Shown here: positions 1-6,281 of the stretch, in pieces
Numbering within the stretch: position 1 is the first letter of the stretch
How the letters are laid out: each line of letters starts with the position of its first letter
Translations under genes and position numbers: made by a program
From: Candidatus Margulisiibacteriota bacterium
Lineage (GTDB): Bacteria; Margulisbacteria; WOR-1; O2-12-FULL-45-9
Direction of reading: 5' to 3'
NCBI GenBank assembly: GCA_043816785.1
Contig: JBDRHP010000030.1
Location: forward strand, 1 to 13,485
Length of the DNA stretch: 13,485 nucleotides
Notes under the pieces: generated by a model
Told to the model about the DNA's origin: nothing
Database searches by the model: none
What the model saw: the letters and a program-made list of their open reading frames with translations, nothing else

Positions 1-38
1 CGCATTTTTTAGCTACGATGCCAATTGGTTGGGGGTTC

Positions 39-124
39 TCCCGTCGCACATTATAATAATTTGTAATGGAATCGACGGGATCCCGACGGTTTCACTATTA
101 TTTATATTATAATGTTCGTCGGGA
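39..124. repeat. Double inverted-repeat element with four TCCCGWCG boxes
   Basis: TCCCGTCG(39-46)...CGACGGGA(73-80) is directly followed by TCCCGACG(81-88)...CGTCGGGA(117-124). Outer arms 39-58 and 105-124 are reverse complements at 18/20. Confidence 0.85.
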
Positions 125-140
125 AAGTCCTCCCTGGCGC

Positions 141-232
141 AATTCCTCCTTCGGCCTCGGGCCTTAGGCCTCTGCCTCAGGCCTTAAAACCAGGCCAAAG
201 GCCCTAGGCCATAGGCAAAGGCCAGAGGAATT
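141..232. repeat. Hairpin built of degenerate ~7-nt GGCCT/AGGCC units; may also terminate the four-helix-bundle gene
   Basis: Terminal inverted repeat AATTCCTC(141-148)/GAGGAATT(225-232). Left arm has about 5 NNGGCCT-like units and right arm about 5 AGGCCNN-like units. It ends 3 nt from the stop codon at 236. Confidence 0.8.
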
Positions 233-235
233 ATT

Positions 236-601
236 TTATTTTTTTCTCCGCTCAATATTCATCTTCAAAGCCTGCAAATCTATTATAATGCTTCGAAGTT
301 TATCTTTAATTGTTTGTGCATATGCCGGATTAATCAGTTGAAAAGCGATAAAAAGGTCAACAGCAGCAAAACATTCATTAGCCGAAGCCTGACTCATCCG
401 ATAAAAGTTCAATTTATCTTTCTTGTTCCATTTTCCTGCTCCCTCTGCCAGATTTAATAGAATTGATGCCGAAGCCCTCCGTATCTGATCCTTTAAAAAA
501 TTGTACTGCCCCCCTTTCACGCTACAACACAAACAATTAATCTCCTTTATCAATCCCAATCCCTTTTTATACACTGAAAAATCCTCAAAAGTTTTCGTCA
601 T
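236..601 (-). CDS. Four-helix-bundle protein (23S rRNA intervening-sequence protein / TIGR02436 / Avd-like family)
   Basis: 121 aa with family motifs FEDFSVYKK, LKDQIRRASASILLNLAEGAG and FYRMSQASANE; strong SD GGAGGTGA at 608-615 (-). Confidence 0.9.
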   Translation of the reverse strand: MTKTFEDFSVYKKGLGLIKEINCLCCSVKGGQYNFLKDQIRRASASILLNLAEGAGKWNKKDKLNFYRMSQASANECFAAVDLFIAFQLINPAYAQTIKDKLRSIIIDLQALKMNIERRKK

Positions 602-703
602 CAGAAATCACCTCCCACCCCCACACAGCAACCTCATTGCCAGCCATAAAGAGAACTTTTCAAGCGGGGATCAGCCCAAACCGTCGAAATTACGACAGTC
701 TTC

Positions 704-733
704 TTGAGAAAGACTCAAATAATAAGATATAAT
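704..733 (+). promoter_or_regulatory. Putative sigma70 promoter, probably giving a leaderless transcript
   Basis: TTGAGA(704-709)-18 nt-TATAAT(728-733); ATG at 740 with no SD. Confidence 0.55.
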
Positions 734-739
734 GATCTT

Positions 740-1243
740 ATGGAACTAGAAATAATCAAAAGCCCCAAGCGCAAGAAGACCATCAGCGCCCGGCTGGTTA
801 ATAATACTATCCGAGTCAACGCCCCGGCTAACATTTCCGAAGAAAAACTGGCTGAGGCTATCAAAAAGCTCAGGTCAAAGCTGGAAAAACGCCAGCTAAA
901 AAGGGAATTAAATGCTAAAAAGGACTTGAGCAAGATTGCCCAAGCCTTAAACCGGAAATATTTTGGCAATATTATCCGCTTTGCCTCAATAGAATATACA
1001 GCCAACCAAAACAGGTTATTCGGCAGCTGCAATCACCGCACCAGGATCATTCGCCTCTCCCACCGCCTGGCAAAAATGCCCGACTGGGTCAGGGATTACG
1101 TGATCATCCACGAGCTGGCCCATATTCTTGTGCCCAACCACAGCCAAGCCTTTTGGGAGCTGGTTTATCGTTATGAATTAACAGAAAGGGCCCGGGGATT
1201 TCTAATTGCCCAGGGCTTTGAGGCTGAAGCAGACCTGGTTTAA
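740..1243 (+). CDS. YgjP-like / DUF45 (M48-like) zinc metallopeptidase domain protein
   Basis: N-terminal IIKSPKRKKTISARL...VNAP; C-terminal GSC...IRLSHRL...DYVIIHELAH...NHSQAFW (HExxH). ATG 740 is preferred over TTG 704 because the TTG lies in the putative -35 box and family likeness starts at 740. Confidence 0.88.
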   Translation: MELEIIKSPKRKKTISARLVNNTIRVNAPANISEEKLAEAIKKLRSKLEKRQLKRELNAKKDLSKIAQALNRKYFGNIIRFASIEYTANQNRLFGSCNHRTRIIRLSHRLAKMPDWVRDYVIIHELAHILVPNHSQAFWELVYRYELTERARGFLIAQGFEAEADLV

Positions 1244-2265
1244 ACGTTGAACCGAAAACTGAGGATGTCGCCGCCTTCGACTTGGTAATCTTTCCCCTTT
1301 AAATAGTATTTACCCTGCTCTTTAAGTTTTGCTTCAGAGCCAGCCGCGATCAGGTCATCATACTTGCACATCTCGGCCCGCACAAACCCTTTAGCAATAT
1401 CAGAATGGATCACACTGCCCGCTTCAGGCGCCAGGGCGCCTTTGCGCACTGGCCAGGCCCGCACCTCATCTTCACCAACAGTAAAAAATGAGATCAAGCC
1501 CAAACCAGCAAAAGCCAGGCAGGTCATTTTATCAATCGCCGGCTCTGCGATGCCCATTTCTTTCATAAAAGACAGCCGGTCAGTCTCATCCAGGTAACTG
1601 ATCTCCTGCTCCAGCTCAACACTCAACTGGACACAAGGGTAAGGCAAGCCATGGGACAGCTCAGCACAAAGATTATTCTCATTGATCCGGTCCTCAGGCA
1701 CATTAACCACCAGGATGAGCGGCTTAAGCGTCAAGAATTGATAAGCCCTAAGTATTTTCCTCTGCTCCTCAGAGAAATCAAATTGCTGCAACGGCTTTTC
1801 TGCTTCGAGTTGTTTTTGACAAAGCTCCATCAATTGTTTTTCTTTGGCAGCTTGATCTGTGGGCTTCTTTTTTTGCTCCTTGGCGATCGTGCCCAGCCGT
1901 TTCTCGATCAGCAGCAGATCGTTGATAACCAGCTCCGCCAGAAAAGAGTTCACAGCGGAAGCGGCATTTTCAGAGCGCGCCACATAGCAGAGTTCATCAG
2001 CGTTCTTTAGTTGGGTCAGGATCGCGGCCTTGGCCGGCCCTTGCAGGTTAAAGTCCGGCAAAAGAAGATATTCAATGCGCGCATAAGTCGTTTTCTTAGG
2101 ATTATATATTTTTTTTAAGGTCGTAACTCTTATATCCTTAACTTCGCAGATACCCTGCTGCATTTCCAATGGCTTTTGCTGAATTGTCTCCAAAGGAATG
2201 CCAGTAAGTATGCTGAATAATTGTTGCTGGCCTGACTGGGGTAATCCCACAATCGTTACTTTCAT
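1240..2265 (-). CDS. ychF: YchF/OLA1-family (Obg-like) protein with C-terminal TGS/DUF933 domain and degenerate nucleotide-binding motifs
   Basis: C-terminus LGLISFFTVGEDEVRAW...IHSDIAKGFVRAE...GKDYQVEGGDILSFRFNV is typical YchF; FLTLKP..VVNVPE (G4) is retained; the P-loop reads GLPQSGQQQ. Probably a paralogue rather than the housekeeping copy. Confidence 0.88.
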   Translation of the reverse strand: MKVTIVGLPQSGQQQLFSILTGIPLETIQQKPLEMQQGICEVKDIRVTTLKKIYNPKKTTYARIEYLLLPDFNLQGPAKAAILTQLKNADELCYVARSENAASAVNSFLAELVINDLLLIEKRLGTIAKEQKKKPTDQAAKEKQLMELCQKQLEAEKPLQQFDFSEEQRKILRAYQFLTLKPLILVVNVPEDRINENNLCAELSHGLPYPCVQLSVELEQEISYLDETDRLSFMKEMGIAEPAIDKMTCLAFAGLGLISFFTVGEDEVRAWPVRKGALAPEAGSVIHSDIAKGFVRAEMCKYDDLIAAGSEAKLKEQGKYYLKGKDYQVEGGDILSFRFNV

Positions 2266-2274
2266 GGTTTTTTT

Positions 2275-2283
2275 ATCATATCA
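2275..2283 (-). promoter_or_regulatory. Putative extended -10 promoter of the ychF-like gene
   Basis: TGaTATGAT on the minus strand, 9 nt before the ATG, no SD. Confidence 0.5.
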
Positions 2284-2329
2284 TCTTTAGCAGGGGTACG
2301 GCAAGTTTGGTAAAAGAAACAAGGTTAAT

Positions 2330-3232
2330 TTATTTTGAAGAAGATTTTAGCCGCTGGATCTCCTTCTCCAGTTCGATCATCTTTAATTCCCGGCCCACGG
2401 CCAGGTCGTTAAACTCTTTCAACTGCTTCATTTTTTCCATTAATTCATCTTCCAGCTGCTTATGCTTGGTCATATCACGGGCAATGCCCAGGACAAGCCT
2501 GGCCTCCCCACTTTTCTCTTTGAGCGGGATGAGGCGGACATCAAGCCAGGAGGGGTGACCGGGAAACGGGACCATGGCTTCGGCACTCATCGCTTCACCA
2601 GACTCCAGCACTCTTTTGATATCCCACTGGGCCCGTTCAATAAGCAGCGGCGGCAAAAAATCACCAACAGCTTTACCAATGAGTTTATCAGCTTCCGACC
2701 CTACTTGTTGAGCAGCGGAACTATTGACATAATGGATCCGCAATTGGGCGTCAACAATAAAGATATAGTCCGGTGAGTATTCTGCCACTGTGCGGTAGAG
2801 CTGTTCACTTTCCAGGAGATCGCCCTCTGCCAGCTTTCGCATTGTAATGTCCCTGGTCGTAGCAATAAAAGCCTTTGGCTGGCCTGAAGAATCCCTGATC
2901 ACCGAAGCATTCAATTCGCCAATGAACCTGGAACCGTCCTTCCTTACCAGCGTATATTCCTGATTCGTAATTATTCCCTCTTTCAAGGTTCGCTGAAGAT
3001 TAGCCAGGGCTTTTTCATGATCTTCCGCGGCTATCAGCTCAAAAGCGCTCTTGCCGATTATTTCTTTTTCACTGCTGTAGCCATGGAGCGTTAATGTTTG
3101 TTTTGATACTTCAGTGATTTTTCCTTCTAAATCACTTACAGTAACCGCATCAGGAGAGGTTTTTACCAGGGATTTAAATCTTTCCTCGGATTCTTTAAGT
3201 TTTTCGTAGTCTTTTTGGGGAATTTCAATCAT
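2330..3232 (-). CDS. Cytoplasmic PAS-PAS domain protein with C-terminal coiled coil and no output domain
   Basis: Two PAS/PAC repeats (ESEERFKSLVKTSPDAV...RDIT and ESEQLYRTVAEYSPDYIF...RDMT); ends LAVGRELKMIELEKEI; no HisKA/HATPase/GGDEF and no TM segment. Confidence 0.9.
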   Translation of the reverse strand: MIEIPQKDYEKLKESEERFKSLVKTSPDAVTVSDLEGKITEVSKQTLTLHGYSSEKEIIGKSAFELIAAEDHEKALANLQRTLKEGIITNQEYTLVRKDGSRFIGELNASVIRDSSGQPKAFIATTRDITMRKLAEGDLLESEQLYRTVAEYSPDYIFIVDAQLRIHYVNSSAAQQVGSEADKLIGKAVGDFLPPLLIERAQWDIKRVLESGEAMSAEAMVPFPGHPSWLDVRLIPLKEKSGEARLVLGIARDMTKHKQLEDELMEKMKQLKEFNDLAVGRELKMIELEKEIQRLKSSSK

Positions 3233-3269
3233 TATTTTTTGTAGTTACAACAATGAGCTTATAAATCAA

Positions 3270-3278
3270 ATTATATCA
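3270..3278 (-). promoter_or_regulatory. Putative extended -10 promoter of the PAS gene
   Basis: TGaTATAAT on the minus strand, 37 nt upstream of the ATG. Confidence 0.45.
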
Positions 3279-3300
3279 TGAATTTGTCTCAAAATTGGAT

Positions 3301-3570
3301 CTACTTTTGACTATTTATTAAGCCAGAAATCATTTTAGATAATTCTTCAAGAATTTTATAGTGGTCTAAATGCGCGAGCTCATCAATTGTTCCTTTTCGC
3401 CTTAATATATCCATAATTGCCACACATTCAAACACAGAACCTCTTGCAATTATGTAGAAATTTTTCTTGTCAGCTTTATGGAACCTTCCTGCTCCCTCAG
3501 CTATATTTAGGGGAATTGAAAGCGATGCCCTAATTAATTGGTCGGCAAGCCGGGAATTTTTGGCAAGCCC
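3301..3570 (-). pseudogene. 5'-truncated four-helix-bundle (IVP family) gene, absent from the ORF track
   Basis: Manual translation: GLAKNSRLADQLIRASLSIPLNIAEGAGRFHKADKKNFYIIARGSVFECVAIMDILRRKGTIDELAHLDHYKILEELSKMISGLINSQK* (89 aa). An in-frame TAG lies at 3571-3573; there is no start codon ahead of the conserved core and helix 1 is missing. Confidence 0.85.
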
Positions 3571-3630
3571 CTATCCTGCTCCTTAAATTTTGCGCAATTT
3601 ATTGTCTTGGATCTCCAACCCCCATAGGAT

Positions 3631-3746
3631 AAGAATTAAGTTGAAGCCTGCCTGCCGGCAGGCAGGGATTAAGGATAAATTTTGCTGCCTGTTAAGCATT
3701 TAAATTCCGGATTTTACCTTGCCTTAATCCTTCATTCTTAATTCTT
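3631..3746. repeat. Imperfect hairpin of ~7-nt AAGRATW units
   Basis: Left arm AAGAATTAAGTTGAAG[20 bp palindrome]GATTAAGG; right arm CCTTAATCCTTCATTCTTAATTCTT(3722-3746). Confidence 0.7.
3647..3666. repeat. Perfect 20-bp GC-rich palindrome (REP-like)
   Basis: CCTGCCTGCC|GGCAGGCAGG is its own reverse complement. Confidence 0.9.
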
Positions 3747-3751
3747 CTTCT

Positions 3752-3774
3752 TAAATTTTGCGCAGCAAAATTTA
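3752..3774. repeat. 10-bp-stem hairpin abutting the tRNA 3' end (REP-like or terminator/processing signal)
   Basis: TAAATTTTGC-GCA-GCAAAATTTA; partial copies at 3582-3596 and 3675-3688. Confidence 0.8.
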
Positions 3775-3847
3775 TAGCCCTAAGGGGAATCGAACCCCTA
3801 TTTTAGCCTTGAGAGGGCTACGTCCTAAACCGTTAGACGATAGGGCC
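3775..3847 (-). tRNA. tRNA-Glu (anticodon CTC), CCA not encoded
   Basis: GGCCCTA acceptor pairs with TAGGGCT plus discriminator A; anticodon arm TAGCC-CTCTCAA-GGCTA; T arm AGGGG-TTCGATT-CCCCT; 73 nt. Confidence 0.96.
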
Positions 3848-3850
3848 AGG

Positions 3851-3964
3851 TCAGATTATCAGAACACCAGAATATCAGTGAATCAGTGAAATGTAATTAT
3901 TATTTTAATAATTCTGAGTTCTCTGATCTTCTGATCATCCCGTTCTGATACTCTGGTAATCTGA
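3851..3964. repeat. Long hairpin of degenerate 8-nt YCAGNNNA units
   Basis: TCAGATTA TCAGAACA CCAGAATA TCAGTGAA TCAGTGAA (3851-3890); central AATTATTA-TTT-TAATAATT; inverse units ending CGTTCTGA TACTCTGG TAATCTGA (3941-3964). Confidence 0.85.
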
Positions 3965-4016
3965 TATTCTTACACAATAATAACTAAAACTGAACGCTCA
4001 ACTGGTTCTTTTATAG

Positions 4017-4042
4017 ATTATAACACAAATTTTTGGTATAAT
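4017..4042. promoter_or_regulatory. Back-to-back extended -10 promoters (tRNA-Glu on -, otsA operon on +)
   Basis: TGtTATAAT on - (4017-4025) and TGgTATAAT on + (4034-4042); the otsA ATG is 8 nt downstream of the latter. Confidence 0.6.
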
Positions 4043-4050
4043 TAAGAAGT

Positions 4051-5523
4051 ATGTGGACAAAAGAGAGCCTAAAAGAGCTGATTGGTGATAAATTAAAAGA
4101 TTATCTCTTTGTCGTAGCGTCCAACCGCGAACCCTACATCCATAAATTCAGCCGGGACAAAATCGTCTGCTTTCGACCAGCTTCAGGTGTAGTAACCGCC
4201 TTAGACCCTATTCTACAAACCAGCGATGGTCTCTGGGTTGCCCATGGCAGCGGTGACGCGGATAAAAAGGTCGTTGATGATAAAGACCGCGTCAGGGTCC
4301 CTTGCAACGATCCCCACCCAAAATATACACTAAAGCGCATTTGGATGAACAAAGCAGAAGAAACAGGATATTATTATGGCTTTTCCAATGAGGCGCTCTG
4401 GCCGCTCTGTCATATTGTTTATTCCAAACCCAAGTTCAGGGAAGCGGACTGGAATTATTATCGCTTGATCAACGAACGCTTTGCCAAAGCTATTTTGGAC
4501 GAAATTGGCGAAAAACCAGCTTTTATATTTTTACAGGACTATCACCTGACCCTTGTGCCAAAATTGATCAAAGAAGCCAATCCCAATGCCAAGATCGCCC
4601 TTTTCTGGCACATCCCCTGGCCTAACCCGGAGGTCTTCCGCATTTGCCCTTGGAAAAAAGAGATCCTGGAAGGGCTGCTTGGCGCGGACCTGCTTGGTTT
4701 CCATCTTAACTACCATGTTGATAACTTTCTCGAGACCATAAACCTTAACCTGGAAGCCAAAGTAGACAAGGTCGCTTCCTCGGTCACCTATGGAGGGATC
4801 GAGACCCTGGTCAGGCCGTATCCTATCAGCATAGATTCGGCCAATATCGCCAAAGAAGCCGCCAGCAAAGCAGTGGCAAAAGATATTGAAAAAATTAAAG
4901 AAGAATTAGGCATAACCAGTGAATTGATCGGTATCGGGACCGACCGGATAGATTACACTAAAGGGATCTTGGAAAAGTTTACGGCCATTGACCATTTCCT
5001 GGAAAAACACCCGGAATTCCAGGGCAAATTTGTCTATATTCAGATCGGCTCCTTAAGCCGCATTCATCTGGAAACCTACAAAAAACTAAATGACGACATT
5101 AACAGCCTGGTAGAGCGGATCAACTGGAAATATTCTTCAGACAACTGGTCACCGATCATTTTTATTCGAAAATATTATACGCCGCAGGAACTGTTGGCGA
5201 TCTTTCGCATGGCCAATATCTGCCTGATCTCTTCGCTGCACGACGGCATGAACCTGGTGGCCAAGGAATTTGTGGCCGCTGCTTCTGATGATAAGGGCAT
5301 GCTGGTATTATCACAATTTACCGGCGCGGCCCGGGAACTGACCGAGGCGATCACTTTTAATCCCTATCAGATCGAAGACTGCGCCGAAGCCATTAAACAA
5401 GCTCTGACCATGCCAGAGGAAGAGAGAAAGGCCCGGATGACAAAGATGAAAAACCTTGTCAGCGAAAACAATATTTACCGCTGGTCAGCCAAGATCATTC
5501 AAGCGCTGTTAAGATTGTCATAA
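4051..5523 (+). CDS. otsA: Trehalose-6-phosphate synthase (GT20)
   Basis: SNREP, SGVVTAL, YYGFSNEALWPLCH, QDYHL, HIPWP, DRIDYTKG, DGMNLVAKEF, LSQFTGAA motifs. Confidence 0.95.
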   Translation: MWTKESLKELIGDKLKDYLFVVASNREPYIHKFSRDKIVCFRPASGVVTALDPILQTSDGLWVAHGSGDADKKVVDDKDRVRVPCNDPHPKYTLKRIWMNKAEETGYYYGFSNEALWPLCHIVYSKPKFREADWNYYRLINERFAKAILDEIGEKPAFIFLQDYHLTLVPKLIKEANPNAKIALFWHIPWPNPEVFRICPWKKEILEGLLGADLLGFHLNYHVDNFLETINLNLEAKVDKVASSVTYGGIETLVRPYPISIDSANIAKEAASKAVAKDIEKIKEELGITSELIGIGTDRIDYTKGILEKFTAIDHFLEKHPEFQGKFVYIQIGSLSRIHLETYKKLNDDINSLVERINWKYSSDNWSPIIFIRKYYTPQELLAIFRMANICLISSLHDGMNLVAKEFVAAASDDKGMLVLSQFTGAARELTEAITFNPYQIEDCAEAIKQALTMPEEERKARMTKMKNLVSENNIYRWSAKIIQALLRLS

Positions 5524-6257
5524 TGAAAAACCTACTGCTCTTTCTAGACTACGACGGCACCCTCACCCCAATAGTTAAAAAGCCCCACCTGGCCAAGCTG
5601 TCCAAGGCCAGGCAAGCCAAGCTTCGAAAGATCAGCACAACCCCGCATATCAGGGTCGTTGTGATCAGCGGCCGCAAGCTGGCTGACCTTAAAAAACTGG
5701 TTGGTATTCCCGGGATATTTTATGCCGGCAACCACGGTTTTGAGATCAGCGGCCCAAAAACCAGTCTGGTCCATCCCAAAGCCAAGGCAGCTAAGCCAAT
5801 TATTGCTAAAATAAAGAAGGAATTAACCAAAGAGCTCAAAGGCATAAAAGGCACGCTGGTTGAAGACAAGACCTTAACCTTAAGCCTCCACTACCGATTG
5901 GTCAAAGCCGCTGCTTTACCTAAAGTGAAAAAGATCTTTAGCCAGGTTACTGAACCATATTTAAAGAGCAAAAAGATCAGGATCACTGAAGGAAAAAAGG
6001 TCCTGGAAGTCAGGCCAAATATTGACTGGGACAAAGGCAAGGCAGTTTTATGGTTTTTGGAAAAGAAATTCAAAGGCAAAAGGGTGTTCCCAATTTTTAT
6101 CGGAGACGACACCACTGATGAAGACGCCTTTATTGCTTTGAAAGACAAAGGCTCGACTTTCCGGGTGGGCCGGTCAGAGACGACCCACGCTAAACACATT
6201 ATAAAAGACGTGGACCAGGTCTATCATCTGCTGGAATTCTTACCCCTAGAATTCTAG
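5523..6257 (+). CDS. otsB: Trehalose-6-phosphate phosphatase (HAD IIB)
   Basis: FLDYDGTL, ISGR, AGNHG, LHYR, GKKVLEVRP, DKGKA, GDDTTDEDAF; TAATG coupling with otsA. Confidence 0.95.
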   Translation: MKNLLLFLDYDGTLTPIVKKPHLAKLSKARQAKLRKISTTPHIRVVVISGRKLADLKKLVGIPGIFYAGNHGFEISGPKTSLVHPKAKAAKPIIAKIKKELTKELKGIKGTLVEDKTLTLSLHYRLVKAAALPKVKKIFSQVTEPYLKSKKIRITEGKKVLEVRPNIDWDKGKAVLWFLEKKFKGKRVFPIFIGDDTTDEDAFIALKDKGSTFRVGRSETTHAKHIIKDVDQVYHLLEFLPLEF

Positions 6258-6265
6258 AATAGGTG

Positions 6266-6274
6266 TGGTAAAAT
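6266..6274 (+). promoter_or_regulatory. Putative internal extended -10 promoter before mscS
   Basis: TGgTAAAAT 7 nt before ATG 6282. Confidence 0.4.
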
Positions 6275-6281
6275 AGCTCCA

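Noticed and set aside
1..30. Possible minus-strand start codon at 3-5 of a gene leaving the window
   Set aside because: Only 5 nt of potential coding sequence and no SD; cannot be supported.
30..135. Known riboswitch or ncRNA
   Set aside because: No conserved aptamer motif that I recognise; the symmetry is better explained as a DNA repeat. An Rfam scan would settle it.
236..601. Diversity-generating retroelement (Avd-like gene)
   Set aside because: No reverse transcriptase and no TR/VR pair differing at adenines were seen in the window; the family is common outside DGRs. The region left of the window is unseen.
697..715. AGTCTT-N7-AAGACT inverted repeat over the putative -35 (operator?)
   Set aside because: A 6-bp arm is expected by chance, and there is no second copy or regulator in the window.
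704..739. TTG start for the peptidase
   Set aside because: It coincides with the putative -35/-10 promoter; ATG 740 matches the family N-terminus.
501..2776. Small alternative ORFs (501-707, 715-1032, 1364-1597, 1651-2010, 2307-2558, 2462-2776)
   Set aside because: They overlap confident genes on the opposite strand and show no family features. The same applies to the remaining short overlapping ORFs further right.
3570..3800. Prophage/island attachment site at tRNA-Glu
   Set aside because: No duplicate of the tRNA 3' end was found and there is no integrase; the 15-bp direct repeat lies outside the tRNA.
3851..3964. CRISPR array (also considered for 141-232)
   Set aside because: Units are 7-8 nt, degenerate and lack unique 25-45 nt spacers; no cas genes.
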